From positions 123,256,001 through 123,320,000 of the forward strand of contig JBNRSN020000016.1 in the NCBI GenBank assembly GCA_051313645.2: 64,000 nt of DNA, given 5' to 3'. The stretch is from Centroscyllium fabricii (lineage: Eukaryota). Below are positions 1-12,499 of this stretch, piece after piece. The notes below the pieces were generated by a model. That model made no database searches and was not told the origin of the DNA. It saw only the letters and a list, made by a program, of their open reading frames with translations. The position numbers were made by a program, and so were the translations under genes. The stretch's first letter is position 1; every line of letters begins with the position of its first letter.

Positions 1-37
1 GCGTGTAAACATTGCTGAGAAATCTTCCTTCCTCTAG

Positions 38-168
38 GGTTCGCCCGAAGACCCTGGGATTAACCAGCGGGCTCTCCGGCTCCTGTTTGGTGAAGTGGCG
101 GAACGGTCAGCGGACTGGGACCTGACCATCACTGTCAGCATGGCCGAGATCTACAATGAAACGCTCAG
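38..168 (+). CDS. KIFC3: KIFC3 (kinesin-14) internal exon, motor domain
   Basis: AG at 36-37, GT at 169-170; GSPEDPGINQRALRLLFGEVAERSADWDLTITVSMAEIYNETLR contains the kinesin EIYNE motif; phase matches the next exon. Confidence 0.93.
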
Positions 169-2342
169 GTTCGTGCACGTTGACGCCAGTTGGGTCGCGG
201 CTGTTTCGGCGACTACCGAGCAATGGGGACTGCTTTCCACGTGATGCCGCGTTAAAGTACAGGGATAATCTATGGATGTGGCTGCTAATAGTATTTTCCT
301 CTTTTTATAGAGACCTGCTGGGGTCTGACCCCCAGAAGATTGAGGATCTAACTATGAGGTTACTAATACCTGCACTCTGATGGAAGGTGCATGGGTGGTG
401 ATTGGTACAATGCTTTGGCATGGCTGTAGAGCTAACTGTAAAAACTGTGGGCCTATTTAATTCAGATTTTCCAAGTGGTTCAGGTGCATCCTCCATGTAT
501 AGCCCTTGCTGTCTTTGGGAGGTCTACTTTAGCCCCCATTTTCTTCACTCGTTATTTAGAGGAGCTCTCTCTCCGTAATGACTGGAAACTTGGGTCACGG
601 AACCCTTGGTTATCCTTGTTACATCTTTCCCCATTGTTTGAAAGTTCACCGCAGGTGATGCAGAGGAGATCTCGAGTGATGCAACTCGATCAGACTAAAA
701 ATAGGGGTACACGCCTAGCGATTCTGGCATGGGATTTTTTTTGAAACCGCAGCAAGATCTGTGCCGACTGAATCCTTTCGTGGGACTGAAAAGAAATTTG
801 TCCCCCTTCCCCCTTTGTTTCTCCCCACAGGCGGTTGATGGCCTTTCTTTATGTGAAATCCTAAGTTAGTTGGTGCGAGAGATTGATTCATCCTGAAGTC
901 CAGTGCTGTGTATACAAACATCCACTTTCCAGTAAAGGTTAGTTGGATAGCCATAAGAAGCAGGAAGCTTGGCTTCTGTGACCCCTCCACTAAGCCCCAG
1001 ATACAAGCACAGCTGTAGCACCCCCATTACTGCCTTGATTAAGATCAGCTGACCTCACACGGAGAAGGCCTCAAGCCTGGCGGGGCCTTCCTGGTCTCCC
1101 TGGCTTCTGAGCGTTACTGATTGGTGCCTTTGCCCCACTGCCCTGAGGGAATCCCAATCCGAACAGTTTCACTTTCCTTGGAGCTGGTTCCACCTCTTCA
1201 ACCAGCCCCAGCTGAAAGTTTCTCAATGTCTACTCTTCATCTCCCCTCATTGTTTCTGCTTCCACCCTCTGGGTGTCCCTCTCCTGCAGCTGTGTTGACC
1301 TTGATCTTCGTATTTCAGCTAACTTCTTCACTTTTGCTAGCTGAAGGTGATAAATACAGGAAGGGATCATTCTGGAGCTTTCACTGTTGCTGGCATGGGC
1401 TGATTGTGAGACTAACGAGGATCGGTTGTGGCCGATTCCCTAGCTGCTTGTCTAATTACGTTGCTCGTTGGCAGGTTTGTTGTACATAACCATCTGTTTC
1501 CCCTGGTAACGCAATCTGCTTCAGTGCGGATCTGGTTGGGTGGCCACTCGGGTCAGTGTCATTGGAGATGTGGTCATTACCTTCTGGAAATCGACAGAGC
1601 AAGCTAATCACCAAATGTCCTCATTTCTCGAAAGCAATGGTTGGGGAGCCAACAGCATTGCCCATCTTTTATAATTAAAAAAAATGAGCCCGGGTACTAT
1701 CTAGGTTAGGCGTAGAGTAAAGCTCCCTCTCCACTGCCTCATCAAGCACTTTCCTGCAAGGTACAGCAATGAGACCAAAGCTTCAGTGGTGCTAGAGTTG
1801 GCAGAGAGATGTTGTTATGGGCCAGGATTTCCGCATTCTATTTGATCACCTTTGACAATACAGTGATATGTGTTGGAATAAGAAAATCCATTATATTCAC
1901 CAAAGACGGTGATTCTCACAGCTTCACCCGACTGATCTAGTGCAACAATGGGAAGGATTTTTTTTTTCACAATTTCTCAATGGAAAGAACAGAAAACTGT
2001 AGAAGTGGGTTTGGTTTTCTTGTGAAACAATAATCACAGTTCAACTTCAGCAGAAAGGAGTGGAGCAGATAAAATCAAAATGATCAATTAAATCTAGTTT
2101 TGTGAAAAGAAAATTAAATGGATGCCTTCCAGAATATAACCTGGACCAAATTACTTCTTAAGCAGTGTGTCTAACTTGCTGACGCCTTCGCGATGGAACC
2201 TCCTGGATCTCGGTGTAAGTTGTAGATGCCCGAGTCAGCGGGCTGATTGGGTATTTGATGGTAGGCTTTTCGTGGAACTCTTCACCCTCCCTTACTTGGC
2301 AGCACAGGTTACAGTCACAGAGCTTTGATGAATGCCTCCACC

Positions 2343-2892
2343 CATAGAAACATAGAAAAATAGGAGCAGGAGTCGGCCCTTCGAGCCTGCCCCACCATTC
2401 AATATGATCATGGCTGATCCGCTATCTCAATACCATATTCCTACTCTCTCCCCATACCCCTAGATGCCGTTTGTGTCTAGAAATCTATCGATCTCCTTCT
2501 TAAATATATTCAGTGACTTGGCCTCCACAGCCTCCTGTGGTAAAGAATTCCACAGGTTCACCACCCTCTGAGTGAAGTCTTTCCTCCTCATCTCTGTCCT
2601 AAATGTCCTACCTCGTACCCTGAGACTGTGACCCCCCACCCAAGCCAGGGGAAACATCCTCCCTGCATCCAGTCTGTCTAGCCCTGTCAGAATTTTATAC
2701 ATTTTAATGAGATCACCGCTCATTCTTCTAAATACAGGCCTACTCGACCCAATCTCTCCTCATACGACAGTCCTGTCATCCCAGGAATCAGTCTGGTGAA
2801 CCTTCGCTGCACTCGCTCTATGGCAAGTGTATCCTTCCTTCGGTAAGGAGACCCAAACTGCACACAGTACTCCAGGTGTGGTCTCACCAAGG
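2343..2892 (-). mobile_element. CR1 LINE 3' fragment
   Basis: RT C-terminus (GDLIKMYKIL...FTQRVVNLWNSLP) and CTATGTTT-type tail. Confidence 0.9.
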
Positions 2893-3198
2893 CCCCCTCC
2901 CCTTCCTAAAATGCCCCCTTCTTCCCCAGTCTCTTTATTCCCAAATAAAGTGCTCGATTCTTACAAAACCATTTCTAAAAAATTCTATTGTAAAATTCCA
3001 CTTTTCTGAGCACAGAATTCCTCGTAGCCACAGTCTGCCTGCTGTCTGCTGCTTGCTGCTGCTCTGTGGCTGCTGTTGTTGTTGGCTTATCCTTCTTGTG
3101 GTTGTATGTCTGGTGGTGAGGGAGTCGGCGGATGGGGCACTGATGACATTGAGCCCGTTGTCGAGGCAACAAGGACCAACTTCTTGTTTACTTTGCAG

Positions 3199-3322
3199 GA
3201 ACCTATTGGCCAAGGACCCCAGTGAGAAGCTGGAGATAAAGCTGAGCCCTGATGGCAGTGGCCAGCTCTATGTTCCGGGCCTGATTCAGATCCGGGTACA
3301 GAGCGTGGACGACATCAATAAG
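3199..3322 (+). CDS. KIFC3: KIFC3 internal exon
   Basis: ttgcag acceptor, gtgag donor; NLLAKDPSEKLEIKLSPDGSGQLYVPGLIQIRVQSVDDINK. Confidence 0.94.
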
Positions 3323-3641
3323 GTGAGAGGGCTTTTTTTCCCTCTTATTTGTTCTAGTGATCTGTAGGAAGAGGGGCTGAGCAGGCTCGCAGTGAGAGAT
3401 TACAATGGGGATATGAGGGTGGGACATTTATCTTGACATGGTCAGTCTTTGTGGGTTGTATTTCTGCTACTGTCCAGGAATGCTGGCCTGTGCCATTTCC
3501 CAGGAAAAGCACCTTCCATACAAGGCCCTGAAAGAAAGCAAAGAAAGACTTGCATTTATATAGCGCCTTTCACAAACTCAGGATGTCCCAAAAGCACATT
3601 ACAGCCATTGAAGTACTTTGAATTGTAGCCACTGTTGTAAT

Positions 3642-3950
3642 CATAGAATCGCTACAGTGCAGATAGAGGCCATTTCGGCCCATCGAGCCTGCACCGACAC
3701 ATATGCCACCCTATCCCCGTAACCCCACATATTTAATCCCCCTAACACTAAGGGTCAAATTATCATGGCCAATCAACCTAACCCGCATATCTTTGGACAG
3801 TAGGAGGAAACCGGAGCACCTGGAGGAAACCCACGCAGACACGGGGAGAATGTGCAAACTCCACACAGATAGTCACCCGAGGCCGGATTTGAACCCGGGC
3901 CCCTAGCGCTGTGAGGCAACAGTGCTAACCACTATGCCATCGTGCTGCCC
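3642..3950 (-). mobile_element. HE1-like tRNA-derived SINE
   Basis: Reverse complement starts GGGCAGCACGATGGCATAGTGGTTAGCACTG with a GGTTCAAATCC B box; near-identical to the copy at 9504. Confidence 0.85.
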
Positions 3951-4111
3951 TAAATAAAGTGCTATACATTTTTTTTTTAATTCACCCCTCCGAGCTGGAG
4001 ATATCAAGTCGATTAAATTGACATAATAAAACTCGCTACGCACTTGGTTTGAGCATAAAGCAAGGCTTGTTTCAAAACATGGAGGTCTAGTTACAGTTAC
4101 TTGACCTGTTC

Positions 4112-4410
4112 CAAAATGCAGGAAACACGGCAGCCGATTTGTCCACAGCAAAGGTCACATCAACAGCATTGAGATAATGACCAGATAATCTGTTTTTAGT
4201 GATGATGTTTGATGGATAACTAACTGTATTGGCCAGGACACTGGGGCAAACTCCTCTGCTCTTCAAAATAATGCATAGGATCTTTTAAGTCCGCTTAAAC
4301 TGAGGCCCCTTCTGCCCCCTCAACGTTTCATTCGAAAGACTGCACCCACGACAGTGCAGCACTCCCTTAGTACTGCGCTGGAGTGTCCGCCTAGATTATA
4401 TGGTCAAGTC
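4112..4410 (-). mobile_element. Deu-domain SINE fragment (SacSINE1/AmnSINE-related); tail at about 3540-3640
   Basis: Shares GACAGTGCAGCACTCCCT.AGTACTG and Deu-like blocks with copies at 10365, 17290 and 49312. Confidence 0.7.
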
Positions 4411-5645
4411 ATAGAAACATAGAAACTAGGAGCAGGAGTAGGCCATTCGGCCCCTCGAGCCTGCTCCGCCATTCAATGAAATCATGGCTGATCATCCAAA
4501 TTCAGTACCCTGTCCCTGCCTTCTCCCCATATCCCTTTAGCCTTAAGGAATATATCCAACTCCTTCTTGAATATATTTAATGAACTGGCCTCCACCACCC
4601 TCTGGCAGAGAATTCCACAGGTTCATCACTCTGGGTGAAGAAATTCCTCCTCATCTCAGTCCTAAATGGCTTACCCCTTATCCTTAGACTATGACCCCTG
4701 GTTCTGGACTCCCCGGCCATCGGGAACATCCTTCCTGCATCTAGTCTGTCCAGGCCTGACAGAATTTTATAAGTTTCGATGAGATCTCCTCTCAATCTTC
4801 TAAGCTCCAATGAGCATAAGCCCAACCCTCCCCATACGCCATTCCTGCCATCCCAGGTATCAGCCTGGTGAATCTTCGCTGCACTCCTTCCATGGCAAGA
4901 ACATCCTTCCTCAGATAAAGCGACCAAAACTGCACACAATTCTCGAGGTGCGGTGTCACCAAGACCCTGTACAGCTGCAGCAAGACATCCTTATTCCTGC
5001 ACTCGAACCCTCTCACTATGAAGGCCAACATACCATTTGCCTTCTTAACCGCCTGCTGCACCTGCATGCTTACCTTCAGCAACTGGTGCACATGAACACC
5101 CAGGTCTCTTTGCACTTCCCCTTCTCCCAGTCTATTGCCGTTCAAATAATAATCTGCCTTCGTGTTTTTGACACCAAAGTGGATAACCTCACATTTATCC
5201 ACATTATAGTGCATTTGCCATGTTTCTGCCCAATCACCCAACCTGTCGAAATCGTACTGGAGTTTCTCGGCATCCTCCTTACAGCACACTCGCCCACACA
5301 GCTTTGTGTCATCTGCAAATTTGAAGATACTACATCCAATTCCCTTGTCCAGATCATATATATATATATTGTGAATAGCTGGGGTCCTAGCAGCAATCCC
5401 TGCGGTAGCCCACTAGTCACTGCCTGCCACTCAGAAATCAACCCATTTATTCCAACTCTTTGCTTTCTGTCTGCCGACCAGTTCTCTATCCAAGTCAATA
5501 CCTCCCCCCCCAATCCCATGTGCCTTAACTTTGCATGCTAATCTCTTGTGCGGGACCTTATCGAAAGAATTCTGAAAGTCCAAATACACCACGTCCACTG
5601 GTTCTCCCTTATCTATTCTACCAGTTACATCCTCAAAAAATTCCA
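4411..5645 (-). mobile_element. CR1 LINE, 5'-truncated, frameshifted RT
   Basis: ORFs 5142-5519, 4792-5289 and 4577-4939 encode RT motifs (SGLPQG..LGP.LF, FADDT-like, HLENCVQFWS). Confidence 0.93.
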
Positions 5646-5919
5646 GTCTACCTTGGCTGTGCCTTAGGACTGTGTTAAATCTGCTATTGTTGTGCTCATG
5701 TTGTCTGTTTCAGCCTGGAGCTATCTATTACAACATCTGAGGAGTTTAATTGTGTTGTTAAGGTTTGGATGTTAAAAACTGGATTCCTTTCTTTGAAATT
5801 AGACAGTAAAGCAACGAACATGCTCATAATAATTGTACCTCCTGAAGTCCGAATTCTAGAGAAATCGGGATCTTTGCGAGATGGATATGATTTGAGTTCT
5901 GCCGTTTCTGTTCCACCAG

Positions 5920-6049
5920 GTTTTCGAACTCGGCCGTGTGAATCGAGCGACAGATTTCACAAATGTGAACGAGCGCAGCTCCCGGTCTCACGCCCTGCTT
6001 ATAGTCTCCGTTACTGGGGTAAACCTCACCTCTGGAGTCCAGACAACAG
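5920..6049 (+). CDS. KIFC3: KIFC3 internal exon, switch I
   Basis: AG/GT; VFELGRVNRATDFTNVNERSSRSHALLIVSVTGVNLTSGVQTT contains the NxxSSRSH motif. Confidence 0.95.
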
Positions 6050-6256
6050 GTAGGATCTGGGCGTTGCAAAGAGAGGTGACTACGCCGAGGCTGCAGGTGT
6101 CGGTGTGCACGAGTACTTTGTACATTAGAAGCTTTGATCTGCCAACTTTATTAAAAGAAAGGTTTAACATTGTCCATAGATTTTAAACGGTCAGAGTTCC
6201 AAACAGTGTTTCTCAGATTTCTGCCCATTCATCCAAGTTTTATTCATTTTAACACA

Positions 6257-6477
6257 AAAGCAAAATACTGCAGATGCTGGAAATCTGAAATAAGAACAGA
6301 AAATGCTGGAAAGACTCAGCAGGTCAGGCAGCATCTGTGGAGAGAGAAACCGAGTTAACGTTTCAGGTCGATGACCTTTCGCCAGTTCTGATGCAGGGGC
6401 ATCGACCTGAAACATTATCTCTGTTTCTCTCTCTACAGATGCTGCCTGACCGGCTGAGTATTTCCAGCATTTTCTGC
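6257..6477. mobile_element. Penelope-like inverted terminal repeat (fold-back) with degenerate hammerhead motif
   Basis: About 90-bp inverted arms; same family as 43921-44548, which carries a GIY-YIG C-terminal remnant. Confidence 0.8.
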
Positions 6478-6624
6478 TGTGATTTGTTCATTTTTAAGGT
6501 AACTTTAATTTATAAAATTGGAGCAATTAAAAACAGGAATTGCTAGACGGTAAAAAGACCAAGCTCCATCTGGTTTCCCTTCTGCCATCCTGGTAGTCAT
6601 ATGATACAATGATATTGTCCCCCG

Positions 6625-7716
6625 GTTAAGCAACGTCTCGATTTCAAAATTCTCATCCTTGTTTTCAAATCTCTCCATGGCCTCGCCCCTCCCAGCTCTG
6701 TAATCTCCTTCAGCCTCGCAACCCCCCGAGATATCTGCACTCCTCTAATTTTGCCCTCCTGAGCATCCCTGATTATAATCTGAGCTCTGGAATTCCCTGC
6801 CTAAACTTCGCTACCGCTCTTTCCTCCTTTAAGACGCTACTTAAAACCTAGTGAAGTGCAAAGAGACCTGGGTGTCCTTGTGCACCAGTCGCTGAAGGTA
6901 AACATGCAGGTGCAGGAGGTGATTAAGAAGGCAAATTGTATGTTGGCCTTCGTAGCGAGAGGGTTCGAGTACAGGAACAAGGATGTCTTGGTGAGACCAC
7001 ACCTTGAGTATGTTTTACTACATTAAAGTTGTGTAGTTTTGGTCACCTTATCTGAGGAAGGATGTTCTTGCCATGGAGGGAGTGCAGCGAAGATTCACCA
7101 GGCTGATACCTGGGATGGCAGGAATGACGTATGAGGAGAGATTGGGTCAATTGGGCTTATACTCACTGGAGTTTAGAAGATTGAGAGGGGATCTCATCAA
7201 AACCTATAAAATTCTATCAGGCCTGGACAGACTAGATGCAGGAAGAATGTTCCCGATGGTGGGGGAGTCCAGAACCAGGGGTCACAGTCTAAGGATAAGG
7301 GGTAAGCCATTTAGGACAGAGATGAGGAGGAATTTCTTCACCCAGAGAGTGGTGAACCTGTGGAATTCTCTGCCACAGAGGGCAGTGGAGGCCAGTTCGT
7401 TAAATATATTCAAGAAAGAGTTAAATATATTCCTTAAGGCTAAAGGGATCAAGGGATATGGGGAGAAAGCAGGGACAGGGTACTGAATTTGGATGATCAG
7501 CCGTGATCTCATTGAATGGCGGAGCAGGCTCGAGGGGCCAAATGACCTACTCCTGCTCCTATCTTCTATGTTTCTACCTCTTTGACCAAGCTTTTGGTCA
7601 TCTGCCCTAATTTCTCCTCGTGTGGCTTGGTGTAAATTTTGTTGTCTTGTAGTTCTCCTATGACACGCCTTGGGATGTTTTACTACATTAAAGGTGCTAT
7701 ATAAATACAAGTTGTT
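6625..7716 (+). mobile_element. L2 LINE 3' end split by a CR1 insertion (6851-7576)
   Basis: L2 tail TTAAAACCTA|CCTCTTTGACCAAGC is interrupted; CR1 RT ORF at 7073-7486. Confidence 0.85.
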
Positions 7717-8332
7717 GTCATCGAAGATGATGACTAATCACAGCAGTCATTCTCTATCAATTAGTCTACAACAGACCCCGACACGAGGTAAGGAAAACCC
7801 CCAGTGGTGGAGAGCTTTGGGAACCATCGGCCCAAAGCACCTGTTCCTCCCAGGCTTGCTGCACTCACCACATGTCTCAAATTACTCATGGACTGTGTCC
7901 CAAAATGGTATTTTATGATGGACATCAATCTAATTTTTGAATGAATTGGGTATGGATTTGAAATAAATGCTATGGTAGGGTTGGGGCTGCTCCATTTGCA
8001 ATGTGTCTGGGACAGATTTTCCTGCATTACCTGGTGTTTCTCATCCACCGAGAGTGCCCATCACAAATTCAGACACAAGCTGCCCGATTTTCCACCCATT
8101 AAAATGGACAGAGAATTGTGGGAAGGGTTACAAACGATGCCGAGCAGGTAAAGACCCTCTGGTCCATCGAGTCTGTCCCACCCTATTGTGATATACACCC
8201 CACCCCAAACTATGTGATCCCCTCGGAGAGGCTAAAAAACAGATTTAACAAAACCCCAGCCCAATTTTGCAGTGGAATCTGGGAAATTCCCCTCTGAAAC
8301 ATCTGAAACTAGTCCAGGAGATCATGCTGGCC

Positions 8333-8428
8333 CTGATAATTCCCTGCAGTACCCGCCTTCTGTACTGATAATTCCCTGCAGTACCCGCCTTCTGTACTGA
8401 TAATTACCTGCAGTGCCTGCCTTCTGTA
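8333..8428 (+). repeat. Tandem repeat, about 33 bp x 3
   Basis: ctgataattccctgcagtacccgccttctgta repeated, inside a decayed CR1 tail. Confidence 0.85.
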
Positions 8429-9014
8429 CGAGATGATCTCCATCCCAGCCAGAACCAGGTCCAGCTCTTGCTCAAAGAAATTCACATGAGCTGGCAGTCT
8501 GTTCCAGAGGTCGACTAAGCTTTGGGAAAATAACTACCTTCTGACATCTAACCTAGATCTGGCCTTATAAAACTTAAAATTGTGACCCCTGGTCCTTGCT
8601 AACCTATTTAATTGGAACAAACTGTCAATTGGAACCGAATCTATTCCTTTCGTTATCTTATAAACCTCAATCCGATCATCTCGAAGAGGAATATCTGGGT
8701 TTGTGTATGAGGTGGAGGTAATGGTGGAACCGTGATCCTTCTGGTCTCTGCCTTAATATGGTACAGGGTATTAGGAAGAAAGGCAATGTTTTATAGTTGG
8801 GGTGGGATGTAATGGGAATAGCTGAACTGGGAGTCTGATGATGAGGGTTGAGTCTAATGGAGTTAGACCTGAGTATCTGAGAATGAGGGTAAAGGGTATT
8901 GTCTAACTGTTTGAATTGAGCACCTAATCACTGGGCCACTAATTGATTCCCTCTTCCTGTTTGGAGATGTGTGGTTTTTCATTGTCTTAAACTCACTGCT
9001 TTGCTTCCTTTCAG

Positions 9015-9244
9015 GTAAACTAAACCTGGTGGACTTGGCTGGGTCTGAGCGTGTTGGCAAGTCTGGTGCAGAGGGGCCCCGGCTGAGAGAAGCCCAGAAT
9101 ATTAACAAGTCCCTGTTGGCTCTTGGTGACGTCATCTGTGCACTGCGCTCCAAGCAGCCATATATTCCTTTCCGCAATTCCAAACTGACCTACCTACTGC
9201 AAGACTCCCTCAGTGGGGACAGCAAAACCCTCATGATGGTCCAG
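9015..9244 (+). CDS. KIFC3: KIFC3 internal exon, switch II
   Basis: AG/GT; [41 protein letters not shown]...[28 protein letters not shown]. Confidence 0.96.
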
Positions 9245-9503
9245 GTGAGATTCCTTGCTCCTCACTTTATCAACGTGTTTCCAGGGCACGAACTGACTCA
9301 AGTTCCAACTGGGGAGAAGTGTCCCTGGGCATCTGATGTCCGCGGAAATGGGGGAGAAGATGCTGGCCCTTGTGGTTTTGATGCATTTTGGTGGTTGTGG
9401 GGGGGCGACGGGGAGATGGGAGCCGTGCAAATAGAAAGAGTAGTACGGGACAGCTCTGGTGTGCTAATTGCTATCAGAATTAGATACACGTGGAAGGAAT
9501 ACA

Positions 9504-9899
9504 GGGCGGCACGGTGGCACAGTGGTTAGCACTGTTGCCTCACAGCACTGGAGACCCGGGTTCAAATCCAGCCTCGGGTACTATCTGTGTGGAGTTTGCA
9601 CATTCTCCCCGTGTCTGCGTGGGTTTCCTCCGGGTGCTCCGGTTTCCTCCCACAGTCCAAAGATGTGCGGTTTAGGTTGATTGGCCATGATAAATTGACC
9701 CTTAGTGTTAGGGGGATTGAATATGTGGGGTTATGGGGATAGGGTGGGATATGTGTCGGTGCAGGCTCGATAGGGATCGAGGGATATGGGGAGAGGGCAG
9801 GGGAGGGGTGCTGGGTTTGGATGATCAGCCATGATCTCATTGAATGGCGGAGCAGGCTCGAAGGGCCGAATGGCCTACTCCTGCTCCTATGTTTCTATG
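9504..9899 (+). mobile_element. HE1-like tRNA-derived SINE with CR1-derived 3' tail
   Basis: A box TGGCACAGTGG, B box GGTTCAAATCC; tail matches the CR1 tail at 7490-7576. Confidence 0.9.
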
Positions 9900-10364
9900 A
9901 ATACGAGCTGAACTCGTGCAATTTAATTTTAAGGCAACCAGCGGTTCTGCTGGTAGATGATTGGCTACTATTGCAGCTGATGGTTGTTTTTGTATCTTTA
10001 CACCGTTCTGCAAGGGGAAGAGTGTGAAGTAGTGGAATGATTCATCGCATTACATAAATGGCATAGATTCGCCAGTGAGCGCGCGTTCCGTGGCCGTATT
10101 CACCTTTAGATCAGCCGATAGGGTGGTCAGTCCTATACGGGGAGAGGATTTTATGGGCTCCCACAACCCATACAATGAGGGGAGGCTACCCACAACCACC
10201 GCTGGATGTCAACCCAGAATTCGGAGCCGGAGCTCTCCACTCGGGGTTGATGGTGTCACAGCAGGAGAGCAAGAACCTATCTGCCCGAAATATATCTTGG
10301 TGTTTCATGTGGAATTATGTTGTGCAGCGACCGTTATGTAGGCAATGTCCTGGAATCAGCAGGT

Positions 10365-10695
10365 AGACAATGACCAGTAATTCTAATTTTACTGGTTATT
10401 GTTGAGGGAGGAATATTGTCTAAGACACCAGGTGAATTTCCTTCAAACAGTATTGTGGGATTTTATTTTAATGTTCGCCTGAACCACCAGGGAAGGCGTA
10501 ACGGGGCCTTGGTTTAATGTCTCACCCAAAGGATGACTCTTCCTATAACATAGCACTCCCTCAGTACCGCCCCTCCGACAGTGCAGCACTCCCTCAGTGC
10601 TGCACTAGAGTGTCGGCCTATATTGCACTGAAGTTCTACAGCGGAGCTTGAACCCACAATCTCCTGACTCAGATGAGAGTCTCACCAACTTAGTC
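10365..10695 (-). mobile_element. Deu-domain SINE fragment
   Basis: Same blocks as 17290-17705. Confidence 0.7.
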
Positions 10696-11152
10696 AAGCT
10701 CTAATTGACTGGCCGGAACCAGAAGAAAGAATGGACTCATTGTGGGAGTCAATAAATGTGTGCGTGGGTTTTCTGCTGGAACGAGCTCCAGGGCACGACA
10801 AAACCGCTTGCCCGGGGCAAGCAAAATGCGCCATCGGGCAAGCAGAAGAAAATTTCACTTGCCCAGCCGGGCAAGTGCAATCATGATCGAGGCCACGGGA
10901 ACAGGTGGTTGGATCCCACCCTGGAGGTGGCTGCGGATGGGCCGGACGCGCTTCAGCCGATGGGTTTTGAACTCTGCCCCGCCCGAGCTCAGCCAATCAC
11001 AACCCAGCAGTTTTCTCGCGCTCTGGCGGTTTTGAAGCGCTGCGCCCTGCCCCTGCCCACGCTCGACCAATAATAGCTCACTCTGGCCGGCGGCCCGCCC
11101 GCCGCTCGGCACAGCAGCAGCTCAAACCGAGCAGGAAAGCGAGGGCGAATAG

Positions 11153-11246
11153 CAAAATACTACAGATGCTGGAAATCCGAAATAACAACAGAAAATGCTG
11201 GAAAAACTCAGCAGGCCAGGCAGCATCGATGGAGGGAAATATAGTC
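11153..11246 (-). mobile_element. Truncated Penelope-like terminal repeat fragment nested in the hAT-like element
   Basis: Matches arms at 6260 and 43929; flanked by AATAG direct repeats. Confidence 0.75.
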
Positions 11247-11424
11247 AATAGAAAAATATAGAAGCCCCGCTTCGTCCAGCCCCCCCCCCCCCCCCCCCCT
11301 CCCCCAACCACCACCTCATTAAAAGGAGAAAACCACAAAGGCTGCAAAAAAGAAAGAACTGAGAAAAAGATGAACAGATGATGAGTGAAGGGACTGGGAT
11401 GAGGTGACAGCGAGCTTCCTCTCG

Positions 11425-11895
11425 GGGACACTGACACCCAGAGACCGAATCCAGGGACACTGGCACCCAGAGACCGAATCCAGGGACACTGACGCCCAGA
11501 GACCGAATCCAGGGACACTGACGCCCAGAGACTGAATCCAGGGACACTGACGCCCAGAGACCGAATCCAGGGACACTGACGCCCAGAGACCGAATCCAGG
11601 GACACTGACGCCCAGAGACCGAATCCAGGGACACTGACGCCCAGAGACCGAATCCAGGGACACTGACGCCCAGAGACCGAATCCTGGGACACTTACGCCC
11701 AGAGACCGAATCCAGGGACACTGGCACCCAGAGACCAAATCCAGGGACACTGACGCCCAGAGACCGAATCCAGGGACACTGACACCCAGAGACCGAATCC
11801 AGGGACACTGGCACCCAGAGACCGAATCCAGGGACACTGGCACCCAGAGACCGAATCCAGGGACACTGACACCCAGAGACCGAATCCAGGGACAG
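11425..11895 (+). repeat. 29-bp minisatellite, about 16 copies
   Basis: Unit gggacactgacgcccagagaccgaatcca. Confidence 0.97.
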
Positions 11896-12499
11896 TCCAG
11901 GGTGTGACAAAACCGCTTGCCTGCTCGATGATCGAGGCCACGGGAACGGGTGGGTGGATCCCGCCCTGGAGGCGGGTGCGGGTAGGCCAGGTGGGCTGGG
12001 CGGCACGGCGGGAATTGGAGGAGGCGGCGTGTCCATCAGGAGACGGGGCAGCAGTCGGGTTAGGTGGAGCGGGCTGGTGGTGCGCAGCAAGAGTGGGTCG
12101 GTGCCGTAGACCCGCTGAGGGGGGAGAGAAAAAACCGGAGCAGCTGCTGGATGAAGGTAGGCGGGGAGAGAGTGAGGGAGCCCATGGGCTACAGAGGCTT
12201 CACAGAAAGTTTGGTAAATGAGGGAAGAATGTTCAGAGTAGAGAGAGAGAGACCCTGGCAGAGAGGGCCAGAAACCGGACCAATGCAACTAAAGGCACAA
12301 TCACAATGTATGGCTTTATATTGAAGCATTTTAATAAAAATGTAAAATCTTTATTTATTCCTTTAAAAATTTTGGGCAAGTGAAATTTGTGTTCAGGCAA
12401 GTGTTTTGGAAATCCAATTGCCCTACTGGGCAAGTGGGAAAAAAAAAAAATTTTTGTAGCACCCTGAGCTCTTATCTAACCTTTCTCTGATCTCCGCAG

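Larger units (their letters stand above)
10789..12466. mobile_element. Non-autonomous hAT-like DNA transposon with 5-bp TSD (AGCTC)
   Basis: TIRs CAGGGCACGACAAAA / TTTTGTAGCACCCTG, repeated GGGCAAG subterminal motifs, AGCTC on both sides. Confidence 0.8.

Noticed and set aside
305-330. Possible alternative KIFC3 exon (ag|A GAC CTG CTG GGG TCT GAC CCC CAG AAG = RDLLGSDPQK, resembling the exon at 3199)
   Set aside because: The frame reaches TGA at 378-380 without a convincing donor and the similarity fades after about 15 codons; may be a decayed duplicate exon but cannot be supported without an alignment
4810-5541. 243-aa + strand ORF
   Set aside because: Antisense to CR1 reverse transcriptase
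9504-9575. tRNA gene
   Set aside because: A/B boxes continue into a SINE body and LINE-derived tail; it is a SINE head
11078-12288. Repetitive ORFs of 174-347 aa
   Set aside because: Translations of the 29-bp minisatellite
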